Part shown: positions 11,816 through 24,598 of the stretch, in pieces
How the letters are laid out: each line of letters starts with the position of its first letter
Position numbering within the stretch: position 1 is the stretch's first letter
From: Macrostomum lignano
Lineage: Eukaryota
Assembly (NCBI GenBank): GCA_002269645.1
Contig: NIVC01003604.1
Coordinates: 1-64,000 of the forward strand
Direction of reading: 5' to 3'
Length of the DNA: 64,000 bases
The notes under the pieces: model-generated
Database searches by the model: none
Seen by the model: only the letters and a program-made list of their open reading frames with translations
Told to the model about the DNA's origin: nothing
Made by a program: the position numbers and the translations under genes

Positions 11816-14800
11816 AAGAGTACACCTCAGTTTTCGTTCTCATGCGATACATGAGGCACAGCATGAGATGCACCATAATGTAAAATGCAATACAAGACGC
11901 CATCAAGTAGATCCCAGTTTCTGGCAGTGGCTCAATTTGCACCTGGCACCATTTGACAGAAATCTGAAAGATGTCGCGCAGCGGACCGCACCGTCCAACC
12001 CGATTGAGCAGCCGACTGATGAGGCTGTTCCCAAGCTCAGCAATCATCGACATGTGCTCAAACAGAGTCTCATTGTAGCGTCTAGCAATCGACCTTAGCA
12101 AGAAATATTTGTCCGCTAAAGTTTTTTTAAGATTCAACGCATCAACCGTCAGACTAAACGTCAAATTTGTTAATCTTCGATTCGTTTGCAGAGTTGTAAA
12201 ATTTCCTAATAGAAATTTTAGTCCCGCTATGAGTGTCCGGTTCCATCTGTCGATATTTCTCTCAGTTTTGTGCGCCATGTAGTTGATCAGGTCGGGTCTT
12301 CGATCGGTAGAATTTGCTCGCCTCAGATTGTCCTCAAGCCGGCTCAGGTGCCGCCGAAGGCTGCGAAAGTCCGCTGCGGACAGTAACAGCAACGGTTTGT
12401 TCAATTCCAGAATGCTCGAAGCGAAATTCTCCGAGTCAATTGCCGAAGCGAAATTTGGCAGGGTATTCTTCAGGAGATCGTCCACCTCGGCGGGAATGAG
12501 ATTGTTTGTGTCCAGATCGCGGACGAGGTCCTGCGAAATTTTCGAGTGTTTTGCAAGCGTGTCACATGAGTGTCAGTTGCTCACGTCCTCCTTGTAGTCT
12601 TACGCACTTTCTTACACTTTTCTCCTTTAGTGTCTCCTTTCGTCTCTTCCCTCCCCTCTCGTCTCTTTTCTCCTCCTCTCGTCTCTTTTCTCCCTTCTCG
12701 TCTCTTCTCTCCGCTCTCGTCTCTTTCCTCCGCTCTCGTCTCTTCTCTCCGCTCTCGTCTCTTCTCTCCCCTCTCGTCTCTTCTCTCCCCTCTCGTCTCT
12801 TCTCTCCGCTCTCGTCTCTTCTCTCCCCTCTCGTCTCTTCTCTCCGCTCTCGTCTCTTCTCTCCGCTCTCGTCTCTTCTCTCCCCTCTCGTCTCTTCTCT
12901 CCGCTCTCGTCTCTTTCCTCCCCTCTCGTCTCTTCTCTCCGCTCTCGTCTCTTCTCTCCCCTCTCGTCTCTTCTCTCCCCTCTCGTCTCTTCTCTCCGCT
13001 CTCGTCTCTTCTCTCCCCTCTCGTCTCTTCTCTCCGCTCTCGTCTCTTCTCTCCGCTCTCGTCTCTTCTCTCCCCTCTCGTCTCTTTTCTCCCCTCTCGT
13101 CTCTTCTTTCCCCTGGTCTCTTCTCTCCGCTCTCGTCTCTTCTCTCCGCTCTCGTCTCTTCTCTCCGCTCTCGTCTCTTCTCTCCCCTCTCGTCTCTTCT
13201 CTCCGCTCTCGTCTCTTCTCTCCCCTCTCGTCTCTTCTCTCCCCTCTCGTCTCTTTTCTCCCCTCTCGTCTCTTCTTTCCCCTGGTCTCTTCTCTCCCCT
13301 CTCGTCTCTTCTCTCCGCTCTCGTCTCTTCTCTTCCCTCTCTTCTCTCCCCTCTTGTCTCTTCTCTCCGCTCTCGTCTCTTTTCTCCTCCTCTCGTCTCT
13401 TTTCTCCCTTCTCGTCTCTTCTTTCCCCTGGTCTCTTCTCTCCGCTCTCGTCTCTTCTCTCCGCTCTCGTCTCTTCTCTCCCCTCTCGTCTCTTCTCTCC
13501 CCTCTCGTCTCTTCTCTCCGCTCTCGTCTCTTCTCTCCGCTCTCGTCTCTTCTCTCCGCTCTCGTCTCTTCTCTCCGCTCTCGTCTCTTCTCTCCGCTCT
13601 CGTCTCTTCTCTCCCCTCTCGTCTCTTCTCTCCCCTCTCGTCTCTTCTCTCCCCTCTCGTCTCTTCTCTCCCCTCTCGTCTCTTCTCTCCGCTCTCGTCT
13701 CTTCTCTCCCCTCGTCTTTCCCCCCCTCACGTCTCTTCTCTCTTATAGTCTCTTTTCTCCCCTATCGTCTCTTCTCTCCCCTCTTCCCTCCTCTCTCCCC
13801 TCTCGTCTCTTCTCTCCTCACTCATCTCCCCTCTCGTCTCTTCTCTCCGTTCTCGTCTCTTCACTCGCCTCTCATCACCCCTTCTTCTGCATGAAATGAT
13901 TTATCTATCTGACATTTGGGAATTTGTTTATGGCGGAACTGCGTTCACCTCTAGGAGAAAAAAGCTAATCCCTGCGAACTCCGTCTACAAGTAGAAAACG
14001 AAAACTCTTCAAGACCTCTTCACCTGTATCATTTCACCGCCTTTGCTAAGTTCCCTGGTCACGAATGGCGCACGCAGCAACTGGCTGGCGTTGACTACTG
14101 CCCCGGCACTGCTCAGGCCGAGAGCTTGGAAGATTGTCACCGAGTCGTTTCCGCATCGGCTCACGATGGTGCTGAGCAATTCTCTCGGCATCAAATCGCT
14201 GCTGAAGCCCAAATAATCAATCAAATGATTTGGCATCAATGCTTCAACTAGCGGCCATAACCTGTTAATCATTGCACTGTAGACGCGCTGATCCAGGTAG
14301 CTGATGCCTGTCTCCGTGGTCAGGTAGCGGCACGCGTCCATCTGGGTCTCGGCGCCAGCGTAGAACACCGCGGACGCGTAGATCAGCGCCGCCAGAACCA
14401 GCAAACCGCTGGCAAACAGGCAGACCAGGTGCCAGTCGCGAGGCTCCTTGGCCTTCTGTCTTTGGTCAACCCGGACGATATCGCTGTTTTGAAGGAACGG
14501 CAACTCGATGCAACGTCCGTTGCCATTGGCTACTGGCGCAGAATTTCCATTCCCAATGTACTGCAGAGGGATTTGCTCTCCATCTGTTCCTCCGTCTGTA
14601 CTGTCGCTGCTGATACCGCGAAAGCTAAGCAGGTAGCGAATCGAGATGAACATTGCAATGACATTAATGATTACAAATGCAACACTGCCAAAGGCCAGCG
14701 CTACTGTGAAGCTGTGTACAAGGCTGTCCACAGTTTTCATGGCGTCCAAGAATCCTCGGTCCTTCTTGGCACCGCGTACTCCGTCGCGAAATAACTCAGC

Positions 14801-16018
14801 ATCTGTCAGGGCCGCGTTGAAGTTTTGCGACACTTCAAGAGTTAATTTATCAAAGAGTTTTCTCACTTCGGCTCGAACTAGCTCCAGACTGCCGTACAGC
14901 TGACCCTTGGCGTTCTTAACCTGGTCTTCAACTTGGCTAAAGTTGAGCTTAAACATCTTCTCCAACAATGTGACAACTGTCACGCTGCTGTCCGACTTTA
15001 AGCGTCGCTGATCAATGCCAACGTCCAGCAGGTTGAGTTGAGCAGAAATTCTTCGGCACAGATCCGCGGTCGCGGCTGAGGTTGGCGCGGAAGAGGCGTT
15101 CGAGGCGCAAGCATCGGTTGTGAGCTCCTGCAGATCTCGCCTGGCCGAGTCAACCAGCGTAGAGAACTGGACGAGTGGCTCAACCACGGTGTCGCGGGAC
15201 TCCATAATTGCCCGCATGCTGGCAACCAGCAGCTTCACCAGATTGATGAACTCATCGAAGGACGTCAACAGAGGCGTCAGTTTGAAGTCTCTGGCCAGCC
15301 TGTCCAGCAGGTCGGTTGCAACAGTTTGCAGTACGGCAAGAACTTCTGGTAGGGCCTCTTTGCACACCGCTAGCACCGTGGCGTTGGTCTCTACGATGGA
15401 CTGCTCAACGAAAGCGTCAAATTCGTCAATTGTCCGCCGGAACGCGGCAACCATGTGCGTGCGACTAGTGCCAGATGAGAGATTCCACAGCTGCCTCTGC
15501 TGCTGGTCGTCGCCACAGTCCTTCGTCCCGTTTCTGCAGCCTCCCAGATCGGACATTCCGGAGAATCGAGCTCGTCCAGCCCAGTGCAGCACGGCCAGCA
15601 CAACGCCAATGACGATGAGCAGAACTATGGAGGTCAGGAAGACAAACAATGGTCGCAGGTGTTTCCGCTCGACAGGGCTGTTAGATCTGTGAGCTTCATG
15701 CACTTTAGTCGTCCTGGCTAGTCGAGAGTAGACTGCGATCAGTGCTGCCAGGAGAATCAGCCAGGTCAGTCCAGCCGATACGAACAGCGGCACCTGAGAC
15801 TTTAACCTTTGAAGGTACCAGGCTAATAAGGGTTTGCCAAGGTCCACGTAGGTTACATTCTGTTCGCAGAAGCTGCGGTTCTGACTAACAGTGCTTGCTT
15901 TGGCACTGCATTCAACGTCGTCAGTTGCATTGACACCTTGTTGGAGCATAGTGTCGAATAGCGGTCTCAAGACGCCGCCATCAAGCTCGGGAACCACCAG
16001 CTGCATGAGCGGCTCCAT
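11814..16018 (-). CDS. Prominin-like (CD133 family) 5-TM glycoprotein, ~903 aa; 2 coding exons
   Basis: Exons 16018-14024 (donor CAG|gtgaag) and 12530-11814 (acceptor tttcgcag|GAC), both phase 0. Topology is N-terminal ectodomain, TM1, short loop, TM2, large helical loop, TM3, TM4 followed by AGAETQMDACRY, second large loop, CGPLRDIF...WC...IEPL, TM5. This matches prominin architecture. No signal peptide is seen, so an upstream exon is possible. Confidence 0.8.
12620..13880. repeat. 19-bp pyrimidine-rich minisatellite TTCTCTCC(C/G)CTCTCGTCTC filling the prominin-like intron
   Basis: Directly visible. Confidence 0.97.
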
Positions 16019-16769
16019 CTACTTTTTTTCCTGTGCTCTAATTGTCGCAATAAATCAGCGCATTGGAAAAATTCATTCTTTAAAAGGCGTTGTTGCTAGA
16101 CTAAAAAAAATCTGTAGCTCTGTTATGCGCGGTAGGCCGTTCGAATCGTGTCTTTCGCTACCCGCAGGTCTCTATCTCTCTCGTTTTTAAAAAGCAGCAC
16201 TGGGTCAATGCTGATATGCAGGGTGAGGTTGAAGCTTCTTAGTATAATAAGGTTTTTTAGCCAGTTGCACACAAAACGTAGTACCACACATACGCACACA
16301 CGCGCGTTTGATAAGCAATGAAGGCATTAAGTAAGCTAAGAAGTTCAAGACAGTGAAGATGAGCACACAGAAATTATTACTGGGCGGACTGGGTGGACAC
16401 AAACACACGGGGAGGGGAGGGTAGAGACATACGTGAGAAGGGGGGGCGCCCAAAGAACCCTACGCCGGCCTCTGGAACCATGCCACGGCTCATTTTAGAC
16501 TCGGAAAAAAAGCTTGAGCCTAGAGGTCTAATAGATTCCTAATTTAGAGCAGGGGTAGGCAAGTCATTCGTGATAGTGCCATAATTGAGATTTCGAAAAG
16601 CTGACAAATAAATACAGCAAAATTCTGTGATAAACTGTAATTCTCATTAGATTAATCATATTTAAACCAATAGGATCATGAACCGCGTGAATTGAGTTTT
16701 ATTATCTTTCATGAACTTCAGAATGAACAAAAACAATTTGAAAGCCTCAACGGCGCCAAAGAGGTGATG

Positions 16770-16972
16770 ATGGCGCTAAACTGAATGACAGTAGCGCCAA
16801 ACTCAGAGACAATGGCGCCAAACTCAGAGATAATAACGCCAAACTCAGAGACAATGGCGCCAAACTCAGAGATAATAACGCCAAACTCAGAGACAATGGC
16901 GCCAAACTCAGAAACAATGGCGCCAAACTCAGAGAGAATGGCGCAAAACTCAGAGACAATGTCACCAAACTG
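16770..16972. repeat. 21-bp minisatellite GGCGCCAAACTCAGAGACAAT, ~10 copies
   Basis: Directly visible. Confidence 0.95.
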
Positions 16973-17256
16973 AATGTCTTGCATAGCCGGGGGCGTCGCC
17001 ATGGATTTTATGGTGGGGGGTCAAAGCCAAGAATTCAACATGGACATGACTAAATTCCTACATGTCCATATTTTGAGAATCGGTGTTGTCACCGCAGGCA
17101 CTTATTTTGGCGCCGAAAGCGCTATATTCTGGCGCCCGGAAGAATAATTATTAATTGTCACAACGGGTCCCAAGGTAAGGTGAGGGGCAAAGTATTGGCA
17201 TGTCCCCCCATGTCCCCCCATGGCCCCATAGCTTTTACTGGGGGGGGGGGACATGT

Positions 17257-18485
17257 CCCGGTGTTAGGCTTTCTGTTCTCCGGGGTCTTAATTTATCCGG
17301 GGGACATCGCAAAGCAAAATTATTGTCGCTTTGCGATAACCTACCCTGGATAATCCAAGGCACAACGAAATCGGGCTTTGAAATATCCGGGGTCTTAAAT
17401 TGTCCGGGGTGAATAAATTAAGATTTGGGTGGCAAGGTGGTCAAGTTATTTACCTGAGAAAGCGCATGTGAATGGGACAGGACATCATTTCGAGAGAACG
17501 GGGCTGACTCAGAGGCCAGGAAGGGCCCTGACTGCACCTTAGACAGTGGAGGGGAAAATGAGGTGCAGTCTAAGAATAAATCGATAATGGACTGGCGTCA
17601 CATTGCCAGCACTACAAGCGTACGTGCAATGAAGATCAGTGTACGAGCTAATAGCCGACAAAGGAAAGTGTTGCGCAAATTACGAGTATATTAACGTAAC
17701 TTTTAAGATATATAGAGTTTATTTCTTGTCGAAGTTCCAAGAAAGGAAATCGTTTAGAAATCGTTAAATCGTTTAGGAAAATTGATCATCTCTCGATGGC
17801 TAAAGTATCGCTGAACCAAGTGTTTTTAACAAATGTTTGTTTTGAACGACGAGTTGTATGTTGAGCTGCCGGAAAATTCCAGTACGAGAGAGAGATGATC
17901 TAAAAAGAAAAATCAGACAAAAGAGCAAAAACTTCACGATTCATTCAGCGGATCGCCTGTTTTGATTGATCGAATTACATGTAGATTGGTGAATCAAGTA
18001 ACAGTTTTTTTCGGTTGACAATGTATAAGTAGCAATAGCTTTAATTTTACTTCTGTTTGGAGTGTGTGAAATGCAAAAAGATGTTTGCCAATTGAAAAAA
18101 GTAGCAGAAAGTTTTTTCTACTTTGCGGAAATTGATTTCGAAATTTTGCTATTTCTCTAGCCCCGGATATCAGTAGCCGGATGTCCTAAAGCAAACCTCT
18201 GTCTCCGCAGGCTGACCCCTCTCTTTCAACCTACAGTCGGATGTCCTGGGACAACTTCTCTTCTTGTGATCTCCGGGCCGGATAGCAGAGTCAGTGCCGT
18301 AGCCCGTAGGATGTCCGGGAGAGACATCTCAAAGTGCCCGGACAATGCAAAGCAGCTCGAGATATCCGGGAAGGAGAAAACAAAGCAGGTTTTTTGCTTG
18401 GCAGTATCCGGGCGGACATCGTAAGTGCGTTCGGATATCCGGGCCAGACAAAAAAAACCCGGATAGTCTTAAGTGTAACACCGGG
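17257..18485. mobile_element. Possible nested non-autonomous DNA element
   Basis: Perfect 10-bp inverted ends CCCGGTGTTA / TAACACCGGG, with many TCCGGG/CCGGA subterminal motifs at both ends. No TSD resolved. Confidence 0.4.
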
Positions 18486-18717
18486 TCCATGAGGTTTGCC
18501 CGCCGAGGTTTGCCCGCAATGCTTTTTTCTTATAGCGCATTTGGCAGCTAGATTCTGTCTGCAATGCCCCCCCCCCCTCCCAAAAAATATGCATTTGATA
18601 TGCAATTACTATCAAAACGTTTGTTCGGGTAAATCTCTTTATAAAGTCTTACTAAGCATTAGGGAGGCAATGCAGACAAAATCTGCCACGTGGCCAAATG
18701 CGCTGTTCAAAATTCGC

Positions 18718-18935
18718 TCGCGGGCAATTCTCGGCGGGCAAATCTCGGCGGGCAATTCTCGGCGGGCAATTCTCGGCGGGCAATTCTCGGCGAGCAAATC
18801 TCGGCGGGCAAATCTCGGCGGGCAATTCTCGGCGGGCAATTCTCGGCGGGCAAATCTCGGCGGGCAATTCTAGGCGGGCAAATCTCGGCGGGCAATTCTC
18901 GGCGGGCAAATCTCGGCGGGCAAATCTCGGCGGGA
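18718..18935. repeat. 14-bp minisatellite CTCGGCGGGCAA(T/A)T inside the hAT-like element
   Basis: Directly visible. Confidence 0.95.
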
Positions 18936-19220
18936 AGTTCTCGTGCTCCCACATGTCCCCCCCCTGTCCCCGGTGGCGACGCGCCTGTGCATAGCAGACA
19001 TGTTTTACTTTTATTTGTATTGACGAAAGAATATTACTACTTATCTAATTCTTTAGTAGTATCAGTAGCAAATGATTTTCTTCATAATTAACAAATAATT
19101 GAGACACTTAAAAGTCTATTTTATTGGAGTATCGTGCTCGTGTATACAAGAAATTTTGCAAGCCTACACAGGGCTTCCAATTTAATGCTTTTTGGGTTAA
19201 TCAAACTGTTGAAAGCTCGC

Positions 19221-19363
19221 TGGGGGAATTGCTGAGATGTCAAGGCTCACGGGGGAATTGCTGAGATGTCAAGGCTTACTGGGGGAATTGCTGAGATGTC
19301 AAGGCTTACGGGGGGAATTGCTGAGATGTCAAGGCTTACGGGGGGAATTGCTGAGATGTCAAA
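19221..19363. repeat. 29-30 bp repeat GGGGGAATTGCTGAGATGTCAAGGCTTAC, 5 copies
   Basis: Directly visible. Confidence 0.93.
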
Positions 19364-19648
19364 GTAAATAGTATTCACATCAATATTCACGTGAGTGCTA
19401 TAGTCAGTACAGGGAAGGAGGGCCCGTGTGTAGGGGGGTTGATCTTTTGTCTGGATCGAGGCAGTGAAATGCTAGCTAAAGGGCGGCATACGGCATAGTG
19501 AGTGACAGTAATGAATAGCTTGCCCTACATGTAGTAGTATGACATTTTCCAAGCCAATCGAGACACTGCGCAGGCTATTGAATCCTTTAGTGGGGAGAAT
19601 TGCTTTTCATTGTAACTATAACGCACGTCTAATGGGGACCATGGCCGG

Positions 19649-19802
19649 CCCAGGCTTGATGCTAATTTTTTGGCTAAATTGGAACCTCGGCTTGGCTCTG
19701 CTCGTGAAATTAACGCCCCGAGGGCCAACCCCCAAAGCACAGTGAAGTGTACATGCCTAATGATAGATAAGGTTTAGGACCGCTGTACACTCCTGTTTGT
19801 GT
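19649..19802 (+). mobile_element. 5'-truncated copy of tRNA-derived SINE family A
   Basis: Shares GGCTTGGCTCTGCTCGTG.AATTAACG...CACAGTGAAGTGTACATGCCTAA...CCGCTGTACACTCCTGT with the copies at ~36 kb and ~50.2 kb. Confidence 0.8.
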
Positions 19803-21333
19803 TTATTTAACAAAACAAAATGGAGTAGAAATAAACAGTTGAACCAGGGCATTAGTATGTCATATATAGTTAGCAAGGACTACTATAGACTGTATAGACT
19901 TTTAGACTATAGACTATAACATTCCAGTGGTCCTTGATAGTTAGTTGTATAGCTCAACCCAAGAACTTCAAATAAAAAAACTGGTTGGTCCACGGACTTC
20001 CTTTTGGGCCATAGACATCGGAAAGGGTCTTCAATAGCTCGATTCTGCTAATAAGGAGGAAAGGGGTAGGCCGTGAAGGAGGAGTGAGGTGGGCGTAAGG
20101 AGTGACTCATCGAGGAGAGTCATTCGCTAAGGGCCTGGATTCCCAGGGTTGGCAGAGCAAGGGAGAGTCAGACCAGAAGAAGTACAAACCATGTCAGCTG
20201 CTGCATCACACAGAGTATGCTGAAATGAAAAAAAACAAAATACAAAAATCTGCCCATAAATTCTGCTGAAGAGTTTGATCGGGTGGTAATCAGTCACCCG
20301 AAAACTCCCACTTCCAGACACTTAAGCCTGGGAACAAAGTCAGTGATCACTTACTATTGTGGGCTCCTCTTCTTTGTAGCGCGCGTCTGTAGAGCTCGTC
20401 TCCTTGAAGCTTCTTTCTTCTGAGTAGTCTTGATTTCTAAAATCGGCCGAAAGCGAGAGCGTAACAAATCGACGTCGCAGTGTTCCTCGAGTGCAGAAAT
20501 CAATATCAACGATGCGCCCTAATAACAAAGTCAACTTTCTATAACAATAACGAGGTCCTCCACAAAGGGCGTCTTCTTCTAGAAATAACGGAATCGGAGT
20601 TGTGTGCTCCTATCGGTAGCCTCGATTAGCTTCTGCAGTAAACTCAAGGTGTTTTGAGGCTGCTCCAAGTCTGAGATTTTTAGCTCGGATTTTGGCTTGT
20701 ATTTATAGTAAAATTTTGCGAGAATCAGGCTATTTTTAGTAGGTGAACGTGACGACGAACGTGACGAAAACGTGACGATTTCGCGTTTTGGAAATTTGAC
20801 CTCTCAAAAATTGAATAGAATAAAAAAGATTTGAGCATCGAGTACCATATTTGGGATTCTGAATTTAGATGTTGCAAAAGATGATCACTCGCTGTTTTCG
20901 TGGTCTTTTAAAGATAGTGTGTGACAACTCGGAATTTTTAAATTCGCATTTTCGCATTTTTACGTTACTACTTATAGTAGTTTACTTTGTACCGTATTTG
21001 GAGATCTCTACACTGTGTCTCCAAAAAAGCTCAAACGATTTTCTCTACATTCTCGTCGAGAGCCGTTTGAAATTGCCAGCGGCAGACATTAAAAGCGCTT
21101 ATTTTAGAAGACAGCAGCTAAGTAGAATGAGCGGAGATCATTCTGATGCAGCAGAGCGGATTAGACAGGGAAAATTTTCCCAATTGCAGGAAAAATAGCA
21201 TAGCTAGATTTGTTTTTTTAGTATATGGGGTTTTTAAATGGAGAAGACAATGCTGATTGTGTATAAAAAGTCTGTGCTAGATTGTGTAGCTTAAATCATG
21301 TACGCCTGCCTTTTGCCAAGCCTCCCAATTCCT

Positions 21334-21590
21334 GAAGTGCAACAGATAATCATGGCACATTCCTTAAGTGCAACAGGTAATCATGGCACATTCCTCAAGT
21401 GCAACAGATAATCATGGCACATTCCTCAAGTGCAACAGGTAATCATGGCACATTCCTCAAGTGCAACCAGGTAATCATGGCACATTCCTCAAGTGCAACA
21501 GGTAATCATGGCACATTCCTCAAGTGCAACAGATAATCATGACACATTCCTCTATTGGCTCTATTGCAACCAGGTAATCATAGCCCATTT
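21334..21590. repeat. 31-bp minisatellite GTGCAACAG(G/A)TAATCATGGCACATTCCTCAA, ~8 copies
   Basis: Directly visible. Confidence 0.95.
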
Positions 21591-21999
21591 CATGTGAATG
21601 CAAACAAAAAATTGGTCAAGACCTAAACTTGATTTAAATTTTGGGTGTAACGTTAGGATAAGGTTAGCATGATCCAATAAGGAGTTTCCTAGCCTCGCAA
21701 AAATAGTGAAGGTTGGCCTTACAAATGCCTATACTTTTTAATTGCACGGAGCGGACAAGCTGATCTTCAAAGCAGACGGCATGCATGCCGACTTGGCTGG
21801 TCAAACTCAAAATTACAAGTTGCCGAAAGAAAAAGGATCTCATTAGTGCCTAGAAAGGTCTCCTTCCTCTTAGACAAGACGAAGTCGGAGCGCCCACCCT
21901 ATACGGGCATCATTAAATGGATATGCGGCATTTAGTTATCAAATGATTTTCAAAAGCTACTGAAATTATGAAGACAGTACTAGCAAAACTACTATGAAT

Positions 22000-22245
22000 T
22001 TGGGAGGCTGGCCCAGAAACTGAGGATCTGGAAGGCTGCCCCAGCAACTGAGGATCTGAGAGGCTGGCCTAGCAACTGAGGATCTGGGAGGCTGGCCCAG
22101 CAACTGAGGATCTGGAAGGCTGGCCCAGCAACTGAGGATCTGGGAGGCTGGCCCAGCAACTGAGGATCTGGGAGGCTGGCCCAGCAACTGACACTCTGGG
22201 AGGCTGGCCCAGCAACTGACACTCTGGGAGGCTGGCCCAGCATCC
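22000..22245. repeat. 28-bp minisatellite GGGAGGCTGGCCCAGCAACTGAGGATCT, ~9 copies
   Basis: Directly visible. Confidence 0.95.
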
Positions 22246-22604
22246 GAGAAACCTGAGTATTGAAAAAATGTTTGCAAATTGTTCTTTTAATTGCATTTCA
22301 AAAATTGACTACTCAAACCTTCTTGCTTGAAAACGGATGAAGAAATCTCTGTAATTAAAACCTAGCTTTGAAAATCAACTAAAAATGGTAGAGAGTCGGG
22401 TCCTAATCCGCTGAAAAGTTACTTTGGAATCCCAGGCCACTGTACTAGCAACTGGAAAACACGACTAATTAGATATTAAGCCAAGGTTTATCGACCGAAC
22501 AAAGTTTCCGGATTCCCAACGCTGCTGATTTGCGTGCCTGCGCGTTTTAAGGGATTTTTATAAGCAGGCTGTTTTGGTGACTGACTGCTATTTTAAGACT
22601 TCGA

Positions 22605-22644
<40 letters not shown>

Positions 22645-22656
22645 CGACAGACAGAA

Positions 22657-22703
<47 letters not shown>

Positions 22704-22704
22704 A

Positions 22705-22735
<31 letters not shown>

Positions 22736-22736
22736 A

Positions 22737-22787
<51 letters not shown>

Positions 22788-22820
22788 AAGACAGACAAAC
22801 AGAAAGACTAACAGACAGAA

Positions 22821-22855
<35 letters not shown>

Positions 22856-22872
22856 AAGACTAACAGACAGAA

Positions 22873-22905
<33 letters not shown>

Positions 22906-22962
22906 CACAGACAGACAGACAGACAGACAGACACAGACAGACAGACAGACAGACAGACAGAA

Positions 22963-23005
<43 letters not shown>

Positions 23006-23020
23006 TTAACAGACAGAGTC
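22605..23020. repeat. (GACA)n microsatellite
   Basis: Directly visible. Confidence 0.98.
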
Positions 23021-23413
23021 AGTCAGCCAGTCCTTATTTATAAAAAATACAACTTGAGTTGAACGAACCTCACTAACTAATCGATACTTGTGCTTGCTTT
23101 CCAATTTCAGACATTTATTAATTAGTCTCAAGCTAAGTTCTAAGTAGCGCAGATAATCAGTTGGCTCAGGCGATCAAGTGAGGAATTGTTGGCTCAGAGA
23201 CAGTTTGCCAGTCGTATATTGGATAAAGCAATAGTGCACAGCATAGCTTGGAGGAGCAGTAGCCAGTGAGCACTACAAATAGCATCGTCTCCCATTGGCT
23301 CGGGACCCGAAGATTTAATCCAGCGTCTAGTCAACAAGCCGTCCGCAAGCCAGCTGTCGGGACGCATTCCGAAGCGCAGCCTAGAGCGAAGGTCAAGTAA
23401 TTTACATAAAAGC

Positions 23414-24598
23414 ATGGAGTCCATCACGCATGAGATCCACCTGTCGGTTAATAATATCGACTTAAGCAGCAACGATAGCGGCCAACAAATCCGTGGGATA
23501 AACTACTGCAGCCAGAACTGCTCAAGGATGCACGAGCTGGAGCCGTATTTCTACATTCCTCTGTCCACCGTGAACGCGCTGCTGTCAGCCTGGTCGTTGG
23601 GCTTCTTCGCCAGGAACGTCGGCTCGGTGCACCCGGTGCTACGCCGACTCCTAGTGGCCCTGTCGGCCTTTGAAGTGGTGTTCCACGGCTCTGTGCTGGC
23701 ATTCTACGCCAGGATGCTGCACCAGAGAGCCAGCGGGGTGGAAGGAATTCGTCTAGATCCGGTTCCCAGTCTGGGCTCGGCTGTGCAGCTCTGCGTACTG
23801 AGATTCTCCCTGACCATGCGCAACTGGACTATGAACTTCATCTCCTGGTCCCGTCTGGAAGCTGTGTTCCGACCGCTAGCGGCTAGGTCCCACTCTCTGT
23901 TTCGACTGTCCAACGTGGTCGCTATGGAAATCGGAGCAGGCGCGGTCGGCCTGGCGCTCAGCGTTGCCATGGTGATAGCTCACGACGCTAACAGACTCGA
24001 CGGATGGCGATTGCACGCGATCGAGGTGACGTTCTACACCTATCAGGGCATGCTGCCGATAGTGTCTATCTTTGCAGCCACCTGCGTCACTGTTTGCGTC
24101 CTTCGTCGAGCCGGATTCCAGCGCCGGGCCACAGCAGCCTCCGGCGCCACCGAGCGTCAGTGCAGACGAGAGCGACAGGCCATTCGCATCATAGTCACTC
24201 TGTCGGTCAGCTGCCTCATTCTCGAAGGCCCAACGGACCTGTGTGGATTTGTGCGCAGCAAGACACCCCTATCCGAGCTGATAGTCAACACCCTGGTAGA
24301 GCTCGACTCGCTGTTCAACTTCTTTGTTCTCACTTGCACAACTGGAATGTGCCGCCGGGGCGGAGACAGGAGCGCCTATTCCTACTCTGACAGGCGTCGC
24401 GGCCGGCGGAAGCGTCAATGGTCGCCGCAGGAGTCAACTAAACTGGCAAAACCAACAACTGAAACAGCGGCAGAGTCTGAACCTAAGCGAGCTTCAGTAC
24501 AAGCCATCAGAAAGGAATTCGACACCATCACTCTGTTGGAATGTTCGCCAAGCCGCTTCGGTGCAGCTCTAGACGCGGCCAGAGAGACGGCAGTGTGA
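23414..24598 (+). CDS. Intronless divergent rhodopsin-class orphan GPCR, 394 aa
   Basis: N-terminal N-glycosylation sequons (NDS, NCS) and seven hydrophobic segments. TM3 end reads ISWSRLEAVFRP (DRY position is SRL), basic ICL3 RRERQAIRII, TM6 LILEGP, TM7 DSLFNFFV. Confidence 0.85.
   Translation: MESITHEIHLSVNNIDLSSNDSGQQIRGINYCSQNCSRMHELEPYFYIPLSTVNALLSAWSLGFFARNVGSVHPVLRRLLVALSAFEVVFHGSVLAFYARMLHQRASGVEGIRLDPVPSLGSAVQLCVLRFSLTMRNWTMNFISWSRLEAVFRPLAARSHSLFRLSNVVAMEIGAGAVGLALSVAMVIAHDANRLDGWRLHAIEVTFYTYQGMLPIVSIFAATCVTVCVLRRAGFQRRATAASGATERQCRRERQAIRIIVTLSVSCLILEGPTDLCGFVRSKTPLSELIVNTLVELDSLFNFFVLTCTTGMCRRGGDRSAYSYSDRRRGRRKRQWSPQESTKLAKPTTETAAESEPKRASVQAIRKEFDTITLLECSPSRFGAALDAARETAV

Larger units (their letters stand above)
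16988..18987. mobile_element. Non-autonomous hAT-like DNA transposon, 2000 bp
   Basis: Imperfect 14-bp TIRs (CGGGGGCGTCGCCA versus CAGGCGCGTCGCCA, 12/14 match) flanked by an exact 8-bp direct repeat TGCATAGC at 16980-16987 and 18988-18995. No transposase ORF. Confidence 0.75.

Noticed and set aside
12506-13899. Long Leu/Ser- or Arg/Glu-rich ORFs (367-462 aa)
   Set aside because: They are translations of a stop-free 19-bp array inside the prominin-like intron.
20127-20534. Possible two-exon minus-strand gene (donor near 20355, acceptor near 20222)
   Set aside because: Splice-like signals exist, but the product is short and has no recognisable similarity. It may be non-coding or UTR.
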